60,039 bases of DNA from Candidatus Limnocylindria bacterium (GTDB lineage Bacteria; Chloroflexota; Limnocylindria; QHBO01). The translations under genes and the position numbers were made by a program. Positions 8,535 through 17,554 of the stretch are shown here, in pieces (positions within the stretch are counted from its first letter, which is position 1; every line of letters starts with the position of its first letter). The notes beneath the pieces were generated by a model. It saw nothing but the letters and a program-made list of their open reading frames with translations. It was not told where the DNA came from and did not search any database. The stretch covers positions 1-60,039 of the forward strand of contig DATAOD010000069.1 in assembly GCA_036265975.1 (NCBI GenBank), written 5' to 3'.

Positions 8535-11253
8535 CCAGGACGGCTTCCGGCGAGAGGCGTCGCCCCTCGCCGCGCGCCTCTTCGAAGCGCGCCTCGCCGA
8601 GCCCTTCCTCAACGCGGTTGCGCAGCGCCTCGTATTCCTCGCGGGCGGCGCGCGGCACCGGCGCTCGAATCAGGTCGCGAACCCGTTCGGCCGCTCCCAG
8701 AAGCACGCCGGCCGTGCGCGGGTCACGATCGATGACGACCGAGGCGAGCTTTTCCATGCCGGAGGCGATGCCCGGCAGGTCACCCAGCGCACGGCGGATC
8801 TCGAAGCTCTCGATGTAGAGCGAGCGAGCACGTTCGCTGTCGCCGGAGCGCGCCGCCGCGTCCCCCAGGTGCGCCAGCGCCCGCGCCACCCCGCGCTCGT
8901 CGCCGATGGAGCGGGAAATCGCCAACGCCTGATCATGCAGCTGGATGGCCTCTTCGGGTCCCCCTTGGCGGGCGACCATGACGCCCAGGTTGTCGAGCGC
9001 GAAGGCCTCCGCCCAGCGGTCGCCGGCCTCGCGGAACGCGGCGATGCCCTCGTCGTACAGCGTCCGCGCCGCGTCCGGCTCCCCGTCGAGCGCCACGGCC
9101 TCCGCCATGTTCACGATCGCGAAGCCCAGCACGCGCGGATCGCCGCGCTCCCTGGCCCAGCTGATGACTGTCTCGTACAGCTCCCGCGCGGTGGCGTAGT
9201 CGCCGGACAGCACGGCCGCGTTGGCCAGGTTGTTCGCGGCGAAGGCAATGCCGTCCGGGCCGCCCACTTGCCGATGCAGCTCCAGGCTGCGCTCATGGAG
9301 GGCCGATGCGCCCGCGTGGTCGCCGAGCATGAAGGCCAGAATGCCGGCGCCGGTATACGCGTCGGCCTGCAGGGCCGAGACCTCGCCGGCCGTCGCCTGC
9401 AGGAATGCCTCGAGCCAGACGCGGCCCTCGGCCAGGTGCCCGCGAATCTCCCAGAATCGCCACAGTCCGGCGGCGAGATGGAGCCCCTCCCTCGCCTGGC
9501 CGGGCTCGTCGAGGCTCCACTGCAGCGCGGCGCGCAGGTTGTCATGCTCGCGGTCGAGCCGTTCCAGCCACTCCCCCGATTCGGCGCCCTGGAAGAACTC
9601 GGGCTCGGCACGCGCGACCATGGCCAGGAACCAGGCATGGTGCCGCTTCAGCACCTCCCTGGCTTCGCCCGACTCGATCAGCCGGTCGCGGGCGTACTCG
9701 CGGATCGTCTCCAGCTGCCGGTAGCGCGCCTGCGTTCCCTCCGTCTCGGCGACCAGCAGCGACTTGTCCACCAGGCGCGAGAGGACGTCGAGCACGAAAT
9801 CGGAGTCGACCGGGTCGCCGCTGCACACCGCCTCCGCCGCGTCGAGCGAGCATCCGCCGGCGAACACGGCCAGGCGGCGAAAGACGGCGCGCTCATCGTC
9901 GGACAGGAGCTCGTGACTCCAGTCGATCGTCTGGCGCAGAGTCTGGTGGCGCGGCACCGTGATGCGGCTGGAGCCTGTGAGGAGGCGGAAGCGATCGTCC
10001 AGCCGCGCAGCGATCTGCTCGACCGGCAGGGCACGGACGCGAGCAGCCGCCAGCTCGATGGCCAGCGGCACGCCATCCAGGCGACGGCAGATCTGCGCAA
10101 TCGCCGGCGCGTTGCGGTCCGTGATCTGAAATCCGGGCGCGGCCCCGATCGCCCGTTCAACGAACAGCTGGACCGCCTCGTAGCTGCTGAGCTCGCCCGA
10201 GCTGATGGCGTCCGGATCGGGCAGCGAGAGTGACGGTACGGGAAAGACGGCCTCGCCCGGGATGGCCAGCCCCTCGCGGCTGGTGGCCACCACGCGCACC
10301 AACCCACAGCCCCGCAGCAGCGTGTCGACCGACCGGGCCGTGACCTCAAGCAGGTGCTCGCAGTTGTCCAGCACCAGCAGCACTCGCCGGCCGCGCAGGT
10401 GCTCGGTGACGGTATCCAGGATCGGCTGGCCGGGGGCATGCATGACGCCAACCGCCGATGCAATGGCCGGCACGACGAACTCGGGGTCCTTCAGCGGCCC
10501 CAGATCCACAAACCAGATCCCGTCCTCGAACTCGTCGATCAGCTCGCCGGCGATCTCGATGGCCAGTCGTGTCTTGCCAACGCCGCCCGGCCCGGTGAGC
10601 GTCAGCAGGGGCACGGACGAGAGGACGCGCTTCGCCTCGCCGATGTCCGCCTGGCGGCCGACGAACGTGGTCAGCTGGCGCGGCAGGTTGTTCGGCCGGG
10701 AGTCGATGGATCGGATCGGCGGGAAGTCCTCGAGCAGCCCGGGAGCCACCACCTGGAAGAGGTGCTCGGCGGTGGGCAGGTCCTTGAGCTGGTGCGCCCC
10801 CAGGTCGAGCAGCGAGACGTCCGCGGGCAGGTCCTTGCCCGCCAGGCCATGCGTCGTCTGCGAGAGCAGGATCTGGCCACCATGCGCCGCGCTCATGATC
10901 CGGGCCGCGTGGTGAACGTCCAGGCCGACATAGCCGCCCTCGGTACTGAGCGGCTCACCGGTGTGCATGCCCATCCGCACGCGCAGCGGCAGCGGCCAGT
11001 CGTGGCCGGCCAGCGCGCGCTGGCCTTCGATCGCGGCCACCAGGGCGTTGTGCGCTCGCGGAAACGCGTAGAAAAAGCCGTCGCCGGCCGTGTCGATCTC
11101 CCTGCCCTGCTCCTCGGCGAATGCCGCCCGCAACAGGCGTCGGTGGTCGTCGAGCACCTTCTCGTACCTGTTGCCGAGCTCGCGCAGGAGCCGGGTGGAG
11201 CCCTCGATATCGGTGAAGAGCAGCGTCACCGTTCCCCCGGCGATGCCGTTCAT
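8518..11253 (-). CDS. Class III cyclase-homology domain / NB-ARC-like STAND ATPase / TPR protein
   Basis: N-terminal CHD (VTLLFTDIEGST, DTAGDGFFYAF, MGMHTGEP). P-loop GPGGVGKT with LLVLDNCEH Walker B. C-terminal TPR-like repeats. Start trimmed to the ATG at 11253 (MNGIAGG). Confidence 0.85.
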   Translation of the reverse strand: MNGIAGGTVTLLFTDIEGSTRLLRELGNRYEKVLDDHRRLLRAAFAEEQGREIDTAGDGFFYAFPRAHNALVAAIEGQRALAGHDWPLPLRVRMGMHTGEPLSTEGGYVGLDVHHAARIMSAAHGGQILLSQTTHGLAGKDLPADVSLLDLGAHQLKDLPTAEHLFQVVAPGLLEDFPPIRSIDSRPNNLPRQLTTFVGRQADIGEAKRVLSSVPLLTLTGPGGVGKTRLAIEIAGELIDEFEDGIWFVDLGPLKDPEFVVPAIASAVGVMHAPGQPILDTVTEHLRGRRVLLVLDNCEHLLEVTARSVDTLLRGCGLVRVVATSREGLAIPGEAVFPVPSLSLPDPDAISSGELSSYEAVQLFVERAIGAAPGFQITDRNAPAIAQICRRLDGVPLAIELAAARVRALPVEQIAARLDDRFRLLTGSSRITVPRHQTLRQTIDWSHELLSDDERAVFRRLAVFAGGCSLDAAEAVCSGDPVDSDFVLDVLSRLVDKSLLVAETEGTQARYRQLETIREYARDRLIESGEAREVLKRHHAWFLAMVARAEPEFFQGAESGEWLERLDREHDNLRAALQWSLDEPGQAREGLHLAAGLWRFWEIRGHLAEGRVWLEAFLQATAGEVSALQADAYTGAGILAFMLGDHAGASALHERSLELHRQVGGPDGIAFAANNLANAAVLSGDYATARELYETVISWARERGDPRVLGFAIVNMAEAVALDGEPDAARTLYDEGIAAFREAGDRWAEAFALDNLGVMVARQGGPEEAIQLHDQALAISRSIGDERGVARALAHLGDAAARSGDSERARSLYIESFEIRRALGDLPGIASGMEKLASVVIDRDPRTAGVLLGAAERVRDLIRAPVPRAAREEYEALRNRVEEGLGEARFEEARGEGRRLSPEAVLARLLP

Positions 11254-11325
11254 GCGACGATGCCTTCCCTCGATCGGACATGGCCTGCACTCCGCCGGAC
11301 GACGACCGAGGCCGGAGGAGACACG

Positions 11326-11820
11326 ATGACGCTGAGGGAGGTCCAGCAGCCGATCAAGGAACGGTATCGGGCCGAACCGGATGCTGCCCGGATCACGCTG
11401 CGCGCGACGGGCAGCCAGCAGGAAGGCGCCATGAGCTGCTCGGTCGACATCGGGCGGGCATTGTATGCCGCCGAGGCGCATCCGGGAGTCGGCGGGCCTG
11501 GCGGGGCGGCGTGCTCAGGAGACCTGCTGCTCGGCGCGCTGGCGGCGTGCGCCCAGCTCACCTGCCAGATGGTCGCGGCGAACATGGGCCTGGAGGTGTC
11601 CGTGTCGGTCACGGTGGAGGGCGATCTCGACCTGCGCGGCACGCTTGGCACTCCAGACGTGGCGGTGGGATTCGAGGCCATCCGCATCCTCTTCGACGTG
11701 CGCGGCGAGGTCGATCCCGAGCGGCTGGCCAAGCTGCGGGACCGGACCGAGCGCTACTGCGTGGTGCTGCAGACCCTAGGCTCACCGCCGCCCACCAGCG
11801 CCGACTGGAACGTGCACTGA
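11326..11820 (+). CDS. OsmC/Ohr family peroxiredoxin-like protein
   Basis: 164 aa with ACSGDLLLGALAACAQLT and RTERYCVVLQTL, the two conserved Cys regions of the OsmC family. GGAGGAG lies 6 nt before the ATG at 11326. The rest of the 488-aa track ORF is antisense to the cyclase gene. Confidence 0.85.
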   Translation: MTLREVQQPIKERYRAEPDAARITLRATGSQQEGAMSCSVDIGRALYAAEAHPGVGGPGGAACSGDLLLGALAACAQLTCQMVAANMGLEVSVSVTVEGDLDLRGTLGTPDVAVGFEAIRILFDVRGEVDPERLAKLRDRTERYCVVLQTLGSPPPTSADWNVH

Positions 11821-11821
11821 G

Positions 11822-12688
11822 CTAGTCCAGGGGGCCCTGGACCTCCACCTGCCCGTCGTTGATGCGCGCGCGGTAGGTGACCTGCCGCGTCGTGGCCGGG
11901 CCGTGACGCACGGCGCCGTCCGAGAGGCGGAAGGCCGAGGCGTGCCACGGGCAGACGATCGTGTCGCCCCGCAGCTCCCCCTCGGAAAGTGGGCCGCCGG
12001 CATGCGAGCACGTCTCCTTGAGCGCGTAGACCACGTCGCCCCGCCTGACCACGACCAGCGCGGTCGCACCGAGGGACGCCTTGGTCGGCGTGGCATCCGG
12101 TAGCTCGGCGGCCGCCAGGATGGGCGTGAACTCCGTGGCGCGCTTTCCCCTGGCGAACGCGTTGCGGTTCACCATGTAGCCGTACTTGAAGACCACGTGG
12201 CCGCCGATGTAGGCACCCACGGAGATGATCAGGTAGGCGGCCAGCGAAACCCAGAACGCGGCGTCATGGGCGCCGCCCAGCCGCTGCAGCAGCGAGATGA
12301 AGAAGACGATGACGGCGATGATGTTGATCAGGCCGTGCATCCCCGCGACGTTGCGCTCGTCGCCGGTGGCCGTGTCCTTGAAGTCGGTGAGGCCGGTGAG
12401 GATGGTGCCCACTCCGGCCACGACGGTCAGGCCCAGCGTCCAGCTGGTCGCATCCTCCAATGCGTCGACGCCGAAGAAGATGCGGAGGATGTCCAGGAAG
12501 ATGACCATGGTGGCGCCCCCCACCACCACGTCGGTCAGGACCGGGTGCAGCGAGTGGCCCAGCCACGATCCGTTGAGGAAGTCCTGCAGCAGCTTTCCCG
12601 GCGACCCAAGGCCGCGGTAGACCGCTTCCGAAACCGCCGCGATCCCGTTCCAGAGCCCAACCAGCGGCCGGGCAGTCCGCTCAAGCAT
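11822..12688 (-). CDS. DUF2231-type membrane domain fused to a Rieske [2Fe-2S] domain
   Basis: Four or five TM helices in the N-terminal 190 aa. C-terminal CSHAGGPL...CPWHASAF Rieske cluster-binding boxes. Confidence 0.8.
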   Translation of the reverse strand: MLERTARPLVGLWNGIAAVSEAVYRGLGSPGKLLQDFLNGSWLGHSLHPVLTDVVVGGATMVIFLDILRIFFGVDALEDATSWTLGLTVVAGVGTILTGLTDFKDTATGDERNVAGMHGLINIIAVIVFFISLLQRLGGAHDAAFWVSLAAYLIISVGAYIGGHVVFKYGYMVNRNAFARGKRATEFTPILAAAELPDATPTKASLGATALVVVRRGDVVYALKETCSHAGGPLSEGELRGDTIVCPWHASAFRLSDGAVRHGPATTRQVTYRARINDGQVEVQGPLD

Positions 12689-12701
12689 CGAGTCTCACCT
12701 C

Positions 12702-14159
12702 CTAGCCGGCAATCTCCTGCGCGAAATCGCGGAAGACCGCGACGTGCCGATCGATCTCCCCTTCGCTGTGCTGGACCGAGAGGGTCCATTGATCGTCCGG
12801 GCCGGGCGGCAGCAGCACGCCACGGTTGGCGAGATAGAAGAAGAAGGCCGTCCACAGCTCCGTGTCCAGGCCGATGAAGTCGCGGTAGTTCGTCACCCGA
12901 TCGGGGGTGAACATCACGCAGCCCTTGGGGCCGATGTTGATGGCATAGGCCGGCAGCCCGTAGTCGTCGATGACCTCCTGGCACCCCGCCGTCAGCCGAT
13001 CCGCCATGGCGTGCAGGGCCGGATACGCGTCAGGGGTCAGGATCCGTGTCAGGGTGACCACGCCGGCCGCCATGGATAGCGGGTTGCCGTTGAACGTGCC
13101 CAGGTGCGCGACCCGGTTCGGCACGTAGGCGATCGTGCTGGTCAGCTCGCTGCGGTCACTGCGGTCGAAGGACTCGATCGGCGCATCCGCCTGCGGATCA
13201 CCGCCTTCGATCGATCGCATCACATCGGCCCTGCCCCCGAATGCGCCGATGGGCACGCCGCCGCCGATGCTCTTGGCCAGGCAGAACAGGTCCGGCTTGA
13301 CGCCGAAGTACTCGTAGGCGCCGCCCCAGGCCAGCACCACGCCCGTCTTGACCTCGTCGAAGATGAGCACGGCCCCGTGCTCCGTGGCGAGCTCGCGCAG
13401 CCGCTCCAGGAAGCCCTGCACCGGAGGCACCACGCCGATGTTGAACTGCACGGGCTCCACGATGATCGCCGCGATCTCGCCGCGATGCGCGTCCAGGATG
13501 CTTTCCACCAGCTCGGCCCGGTTGAACGGCGCGATGATCGTCTCGGCCAGCCGGCTGGCCGGAATACCCGCGCTGATCGGGACGGTGGCCGGCGAGGCCT
13601 CGGGCCCCATCATGTCGCGCGGCGGCTGGATGCTGACCAGCACGTCGTCGTGATGGCCGTGGTAGCCGCCCTCGAACTTGATGATCTTCTCGCGGCCTGT
13701 GAACCCGCGCGCGACCCGGATGGCGTCCATGGTCGCCTCCGTGCCCGAGTTACTGAAGCGCACCAGGCCCGCGCCGAAGCGGCGCTTGATCTCCTCCGCC
13801 AGCACGATGCTGTCCTCGACCGGAAACGTGTAGCAGGTCCCGTTCGCCACGCGATGCTGGAGCGCCTCCGCCAGCAGCGGATGCGAGTGGCCGGCGGCAA
13901 GCACCCCGAACGCCATGTCAAAGTCGATGTACTCGTTGCCGTCCGCGTCCCAGATACGGGAGCCGCGGGCATCGGTCATGAACAGCGGGTACGGGTCGTA
14001 GGCCTGAAAGGAGCTCGCCACGCCAAGCGGCATGACCTGGCGCGCGCGCTCGTGCAGCTCGGCCGAGCGCGGCGTGCGCGCGCGATAGGCGGTCTCCTCG
14101 CGATCCCCCACCTGCTTGATCCGTTCACGGTCCACGTCACGCCGCTCGGCTACGGTCAC
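12702..14159 (-). CDS. Class III PLP-dependent aminotransferase (glutamate-1-semialdehyde aminomutase-like)
   Basis: Motifs SNSGTEATMDAIRVAR, IFDEVKTG and the PLP-lysine box FCLAKSIGGG. GTG start. Confidence 0.85.
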   Translation of the reverse strand: MTVAERRDVDRERIKQVGDREETAYRARTPRSAELHERARQVMPLGVASSFQAYDPYPLFMTDARGSRIWDADGNEYIDFDMAFGVLAAGHSHPLLAEALQHRVANGTCYTFPVEDSIVLAEEIKRRFGAGLVRFSNSGTEATMDAIRVARGFTGREKIIKFEGGYHGHHDDVLVSIQPPRDMMGPEASPATVPISAGIPASRLAETIIAPFNRAELVESILDAHRGEIAAIIVEPVQFNIGVVPPVQGFLERLRELATEHGAVLIFDEVKTGVVLAWGGAYEYFGVKPDLFCLAKSIGGGVPIGAFGGRADVMRSIEGGDPQADAPIESFDRSDRSELTSTIAYVPNRVAHLGTFNGNPLSMAAGVVTLTRILTPDAYPALHAMADRLTAGCQEVIDDYGLPAYAINIGPKGCVMFTPDRVTNYRDFIGLDTELWTAFFFYLANRGVLLPPGPDDQWTLSVQHSEGEIDRHVAVFRDFAQEIAG

Positions 14160-14168
14160 CTGTGCCTC

Positions 14169-14654
14169 CTACCTGGTGCCCCATCGGTAGCTTTCCTTGA
14201 CGAAGCGCAGCTCCACCATGGTCTCGGTCGAGCGAATGCCCGGGATGCGGGCAAGCTGATCGGCCAGGACGCGGAGGAGGTGCTCGTTGTCCTCGCACAC
14301 CACCTCGCAGATCATGTCGAAGCGACCGGCGGTGACCACCACGTAGGTCACCTCATCCAGCGAGGCGACCGAGTCGGCCACCTCGTCCAGGCGCCCGGCG
14401 TCCACGTGCAGGCCGATGAAGGCCGGCTGGCCGAACCCCATCGCCAGCGGATCGGTGACGCCCACCACCTGGACCACGCCGCGGCTGATGAGCCGCTCGG
14501 CACGTTGCCGCACCGTGGCCTCGGGAACCTTCAGCTCCCGGCCGATCTGCGCGTACGGCCGCCGTCCATCCAGCTGCAGCGCCTTGATGATTGCCTTATC
14601 CAGGTCGTCGAGTAGCGGACGGCGGCCAGGTGAGCCTAGTGAGCGGACGGCCAT
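14169..14654 (-). CDS. Lrp/AsnC family transcriptional regulator
   Basis: LDDLDKAIIKALQLDGRRPYAQIGRELKVPEATVRQRAERL HTH, followed by a RAM-type ligand domain. Confidence 0.88.
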   Translation of the reverse strand: MAVRSLGSPGRRPLLDDLDKAIIKALQLDGRRPYAQIGRELKVPEATVRQRAERLISRGVVQVVGVTDPLAMGFGQPAFIGLHVDAGRLDEVADSVASLDEVTYVVVTAGRFDMICEVVCEDNEHLLRVLADQLARIPGIRSTETMVELRFVKESYRWGTR

Positions 14655-14740
14655 ATCATGGCGAATCGTAGCCCTAGGTCGCCGAGCGGGTCAAACTTTC
14701 CGCAACTTCTGGGCCGTGTTTGCGCGGAATCCGCGTAGTT

Positions 14741-16966
14741 CTACTGGATCGGTGACTCGTTTCCATCGCTAATGGATCCGGAAGCCGATGTCACGCGCGG
14801 GTCCGACCAGGCGCCGGTGGCGGCGGCCAGCAGCTCGGCGACGTCCGAAACGGCGACATCGGTACGCTGCAGGTCAGTCACGCCGTCGCGCAGCATGATC
14901 AGGCAGAAGGGGCAGGCGGTCGCGATGGCTGACGCGTCGGTGGCCAGGGCATGCTCCACTCGCCGGTGGTTGATGCGCTGCCCCTCGTGCTCCTCCATCC
15001 ACATCCGCGCGCCGCCCGCCCCGCAGCACATCCCCCGCCGGTGGTGCAGCTCCATCTCCGCGATCTGCTGCCCGGGCACCGACTCGACCACGCGGCGTCC
15101 CTCGTCGTAGACCTGGTTGTAGCGGCCCAGGTAGCAGGCATCGTGATAGGCGACCAGCGCCTCGTGGTGCTCGGTCGGCACGAGCCGCCCATCGGCCACC
15201 AGGCGGTCCAGCAGCTGCGTGTGGTGGATGACGTTGATGCCGGACAGCCCGAACTGCGGGTACTCGTTGCGGATGGTGTTGAAGCAGTGCGGGCAGCTGG
15301 CCACGATGGTGTCGATGCCGTGCTGGTCGTGCGCGCTCGAGAGCGTGGCCACGTTCTCCTCGGCCAGCATCTGGAACAGGTACTCGTTGCCGGCCCGTCG
15401 TGCTGGGTCGCCGGAGCAGGTCTCGCCGGTGCCGAGCACCGCGAACGGCACCTCCGCCTGCTTCAGCAGCTGGGCCATGGCCCGCACCACGCGACGGTTG
15501 CGATCGTCAAACGCGCCGGCGCAGCCAACCCAGTACAGGATGGGCCCATGGCGCTCGCCCCGGCCGAAGATGGTGCGCCAGGGTCGGGTGCCCTCCGTCC
15601 GAGGGACGCGCGGCGTGTCGTCCACGCCCAACACCGAAACGTCCAGGCCCTTGGCCCAGTCCAGCCGCGCGCTCTTCGGCTGGCCCCACGGGTTGCCGGC
15701 GGTCTCCATGTTGCGGAACGCCGCGTTCAGCTCCTTGGGGTTGCTGCCCTGCTCCAGGACCAGGTTGCGGCGGATCTCGACAATCGAGTCGACGTGCTCG
15801 ATCAGCACCGGGCAGCCCTCCACGCACCAGCCGCAGGTGGTGCACTGCCAGACCGCCTCCTCGGGAATGGCGTTGTCGACCAGCGGCAGCGACAGCGCCT
15901 CGCGAGCCCGTTCGCGCGCCATGCCCAGCGCCGTGTCCGATGCCTCGACGCCACCGTTCGCTCCCCCTTTGGCCGCCCGCTGTGCCGATGCGGCGGCAGC
16001 CAGCGCGGTCTCGGCCATGACGATCTGGTCGCGCAGGCCTTCCATGAAGTGCTTTGGGCTGAGCGTCTTGCCGGTCATCGATGCGGGGCAGAATTCCATG
16101 CAGCGGCCGCATTCGGTGCAGCTCATCGGGTCGAGCAGGTGGCGCCAGGTGAGGTCCTTCAGGCTATGGGCGCCGAACACGGGCTCCTGCCCATCCTCCG
16201 GCTCGGCCTCCAGGTCCATCTTGCGCAGGGCGCCGCGCGGCTCCAGGTTGCGGAAGTAGACGTTGGGCTCGCTGGTCAGGATGTGCAGGTGCTTGCTGTA
16301 CGGCAGGTAGGAGCCAAAGCCCAGCACCGCCACGATGTGCAGCCAGGCAAAGGCGCCGAACCAGCCGATGGCGGTGGTTGAGCCGAGGGGGGCCAGCAGG
16401 CCAGACAGCGGTCCGGCCAGGAAGGCCAGCTTTGTCCCGGGGTCGTCGGGGTGGACGACGAAGCGCAGGGCGTCGCCGGCGAGCTCGCTGCCGACCACCA
16501 CCAGGATCAAACCCAGGATGATGAAGGCGTCGCGGGACAGCGCCAGCCGCGCCGGACGGACCACGATGCGCCGCCAGACCGCCACCGCCAGGCCGATGAG
16601 CACCAGCGCAATGAACAGGTTGGCCAGCCCCACCGCCAGCGCCCACAGCACGCCGCCGATCGGCCAGGCCAGCACCGTCTCGACCACGCCGTTGGTGATG
16701 TAGTTGGCGGTCGTTACCAGCAGTGCCACGAAGCCCCAGAAGATGAACGCGTGCATCAGCCCGGGCACCGGATCCTGCAGCAGGCGCTTCTGGGCGATCA
16801 CGTACACGACGAATCCCCAGATCCGATCCAGCGGCCGATCGAGGCGGTTGAGTGGCTGGCCTGCCCGCAGCACGGCCAGGTGCCAGCGCGCGCGACGCCA
16901 GAACAGGAAGGCGGCAAGGGCCAGCGGCACGACGACGAGCGGGTAGTACGGGATCCCTAGCAGCAT
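14741..16966 (-). CDS. Membrane-bound Fe-S oxidoreductase, NarI/HdrE-like membrane domain fused to an HdrD/GlpC-like domain (EtfD-like)
   Basis: About 240 aa of N-terminal TM helices. Two CxxCxxCxxxCP ferredoxin motifs (CTECGRCMEFCP, CTTCGWCVEGCP). Two Cys-rich CCG-type regions (VGCAGAFD..., CPHCFNT, MCCGAGG). Confidence 0.8.
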   Translation of the reverse strand: MLLGIPYYPLVVVPLALAAFLFWRRARWHLAVLRAGQPLNRLDRPLDRIWGFVVYVIAQKRLLQDPVPGLMHAFIFWGFVALLVTTANYITNGVVETVLAWPIGGVLWALAVGLANLFIALVLIGLAVAVWRRIVVRPARLALSRDAFIILGLILVVVGSELAGDALRFVVHPDDPGTKLAFLAGPLSGLLAPLGSTTAIGWFGAFAWLHIVAVLGFGSYLPYSKHLHILTSEPNVYFRNLEPRGALRKMDLEAEPEDGQEPVFGAHSLKDLTWRHLLDPMSCTECGRCMEFCPASMTGKTLSPKHFMEGLRDQIVMAETALAAAASAQRAAKGGANGGVEASDTALGMARERAREALSLPLVDNAIPEEAVWQCTTCGWCVEGCPVLIEHVDSIVEIRRNLVLEQGSNPKELNAAFRNMETAGNPWGQPKSARLDWAKGLDVSVLGVDDTPRVPRTEGTRPWRTIFGRGERHGPILYWVGCAGAFDDRNRRVVRAMAQLLKQAEVPFAVLGTGETCSGDPARRAGNEYLFQMLAEENVATLSSAHDQHGIDTIVASCPHCFNTIRNEYPQFGLSGINVIHHTQLLDRLVADGRLVPTEHHEALVAYHDACYLGRYNQVYDEGRRVVESVPGQQIAEMELHHRRGMCCGAGGARMWMEEHEGQRINHRRVEHALATDASAIATACPFCLIMLRDGVTDLQRTDVAVSDVAELLAAATGAWSDPRVTSASGSISDGNESPIQ

Positions 16967-17024
16967 GCGGCCGTCATGCTAGACGAGCGTTGACGCCCGA
17001 CGCCGGAATGGCGACAGTTGCCGC

Positions 17025-17549
17025 GTGGCGTGGACCGACGCAGTCCTGCTCAGCGCGTTCCCGATGTTCCTGGTGATGTCGCTGCTCGCGATCGCCATGC
17101 CGGCAGCTCGTCCGATACGTCCTTGGGCCGGCGTGGGGCTGGCTGCACTCGCCACCGTCGTGAGCGGCGTCGTGATCACGGTGGTGACTTGGCACAGCGG
17201 CGGCCTGTCCTGCGCGTGGGACCTCGTCTGGCGCAACCGCATCAGCCAGACTGGGGCAGGCGCTCCGATCACGTGCACCGGCGATCCGCTGCCCGTGTGG
17301 CTGGCCGCGCTGCCGGCGTTGGCCGGCGTCGCCGTGCTGCTGGGCTGGGTCTGGCGCAATACCGCGCCACCGGCCGTCGCGCTGCGCATCGCGGCTGTCC
17401 TACTGGCTGCCGCCCTGACGGTCATCCTGGTGGGACAGCTGAACGCGAACCTGGGCCTGCTGGCGCTGGTGCTGCTGGTCGTGGGCAGCTACGCCTGGCT
17501 GTGGATTCGTGACCGCTATCGTGAGGTGAGGCCCGCGAACTCCGGCTGA
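17025..17549 (+). CDS. Hypothetical polytopic membrane protein
   Basis: 174 aa with 4-5 hydrophobic segments. No recognisable family. Divergent from the EtfD-like gene. Confidence 0.5.
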   Translation: MAWTDAVLLSAFPMFLVMSLLAIAMPAARPIRPWAGVGLAALATVVSGVVITVVTWHSGGLSCAWDLVWRNRISQTGAGAPITCTGDPLPVWLAALPALAGVAVLLGWVWRNTAPPAVALRIAAVLLAAALTVILVGQLNANLGLLALVLLVVGSYAWLWIRDRYREVRPANSG

Positions 17550-17554
17550 CCGGG

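Noticed and set aside
13104-14615. 503-aa plus-strand ORF over the aminotransferase and Lrp genes
   Set aside because: Antisense shadow ORF that is Arg/His/Asp/Gly-rich with no motifs. The minus-strand genes have strong family signatures.
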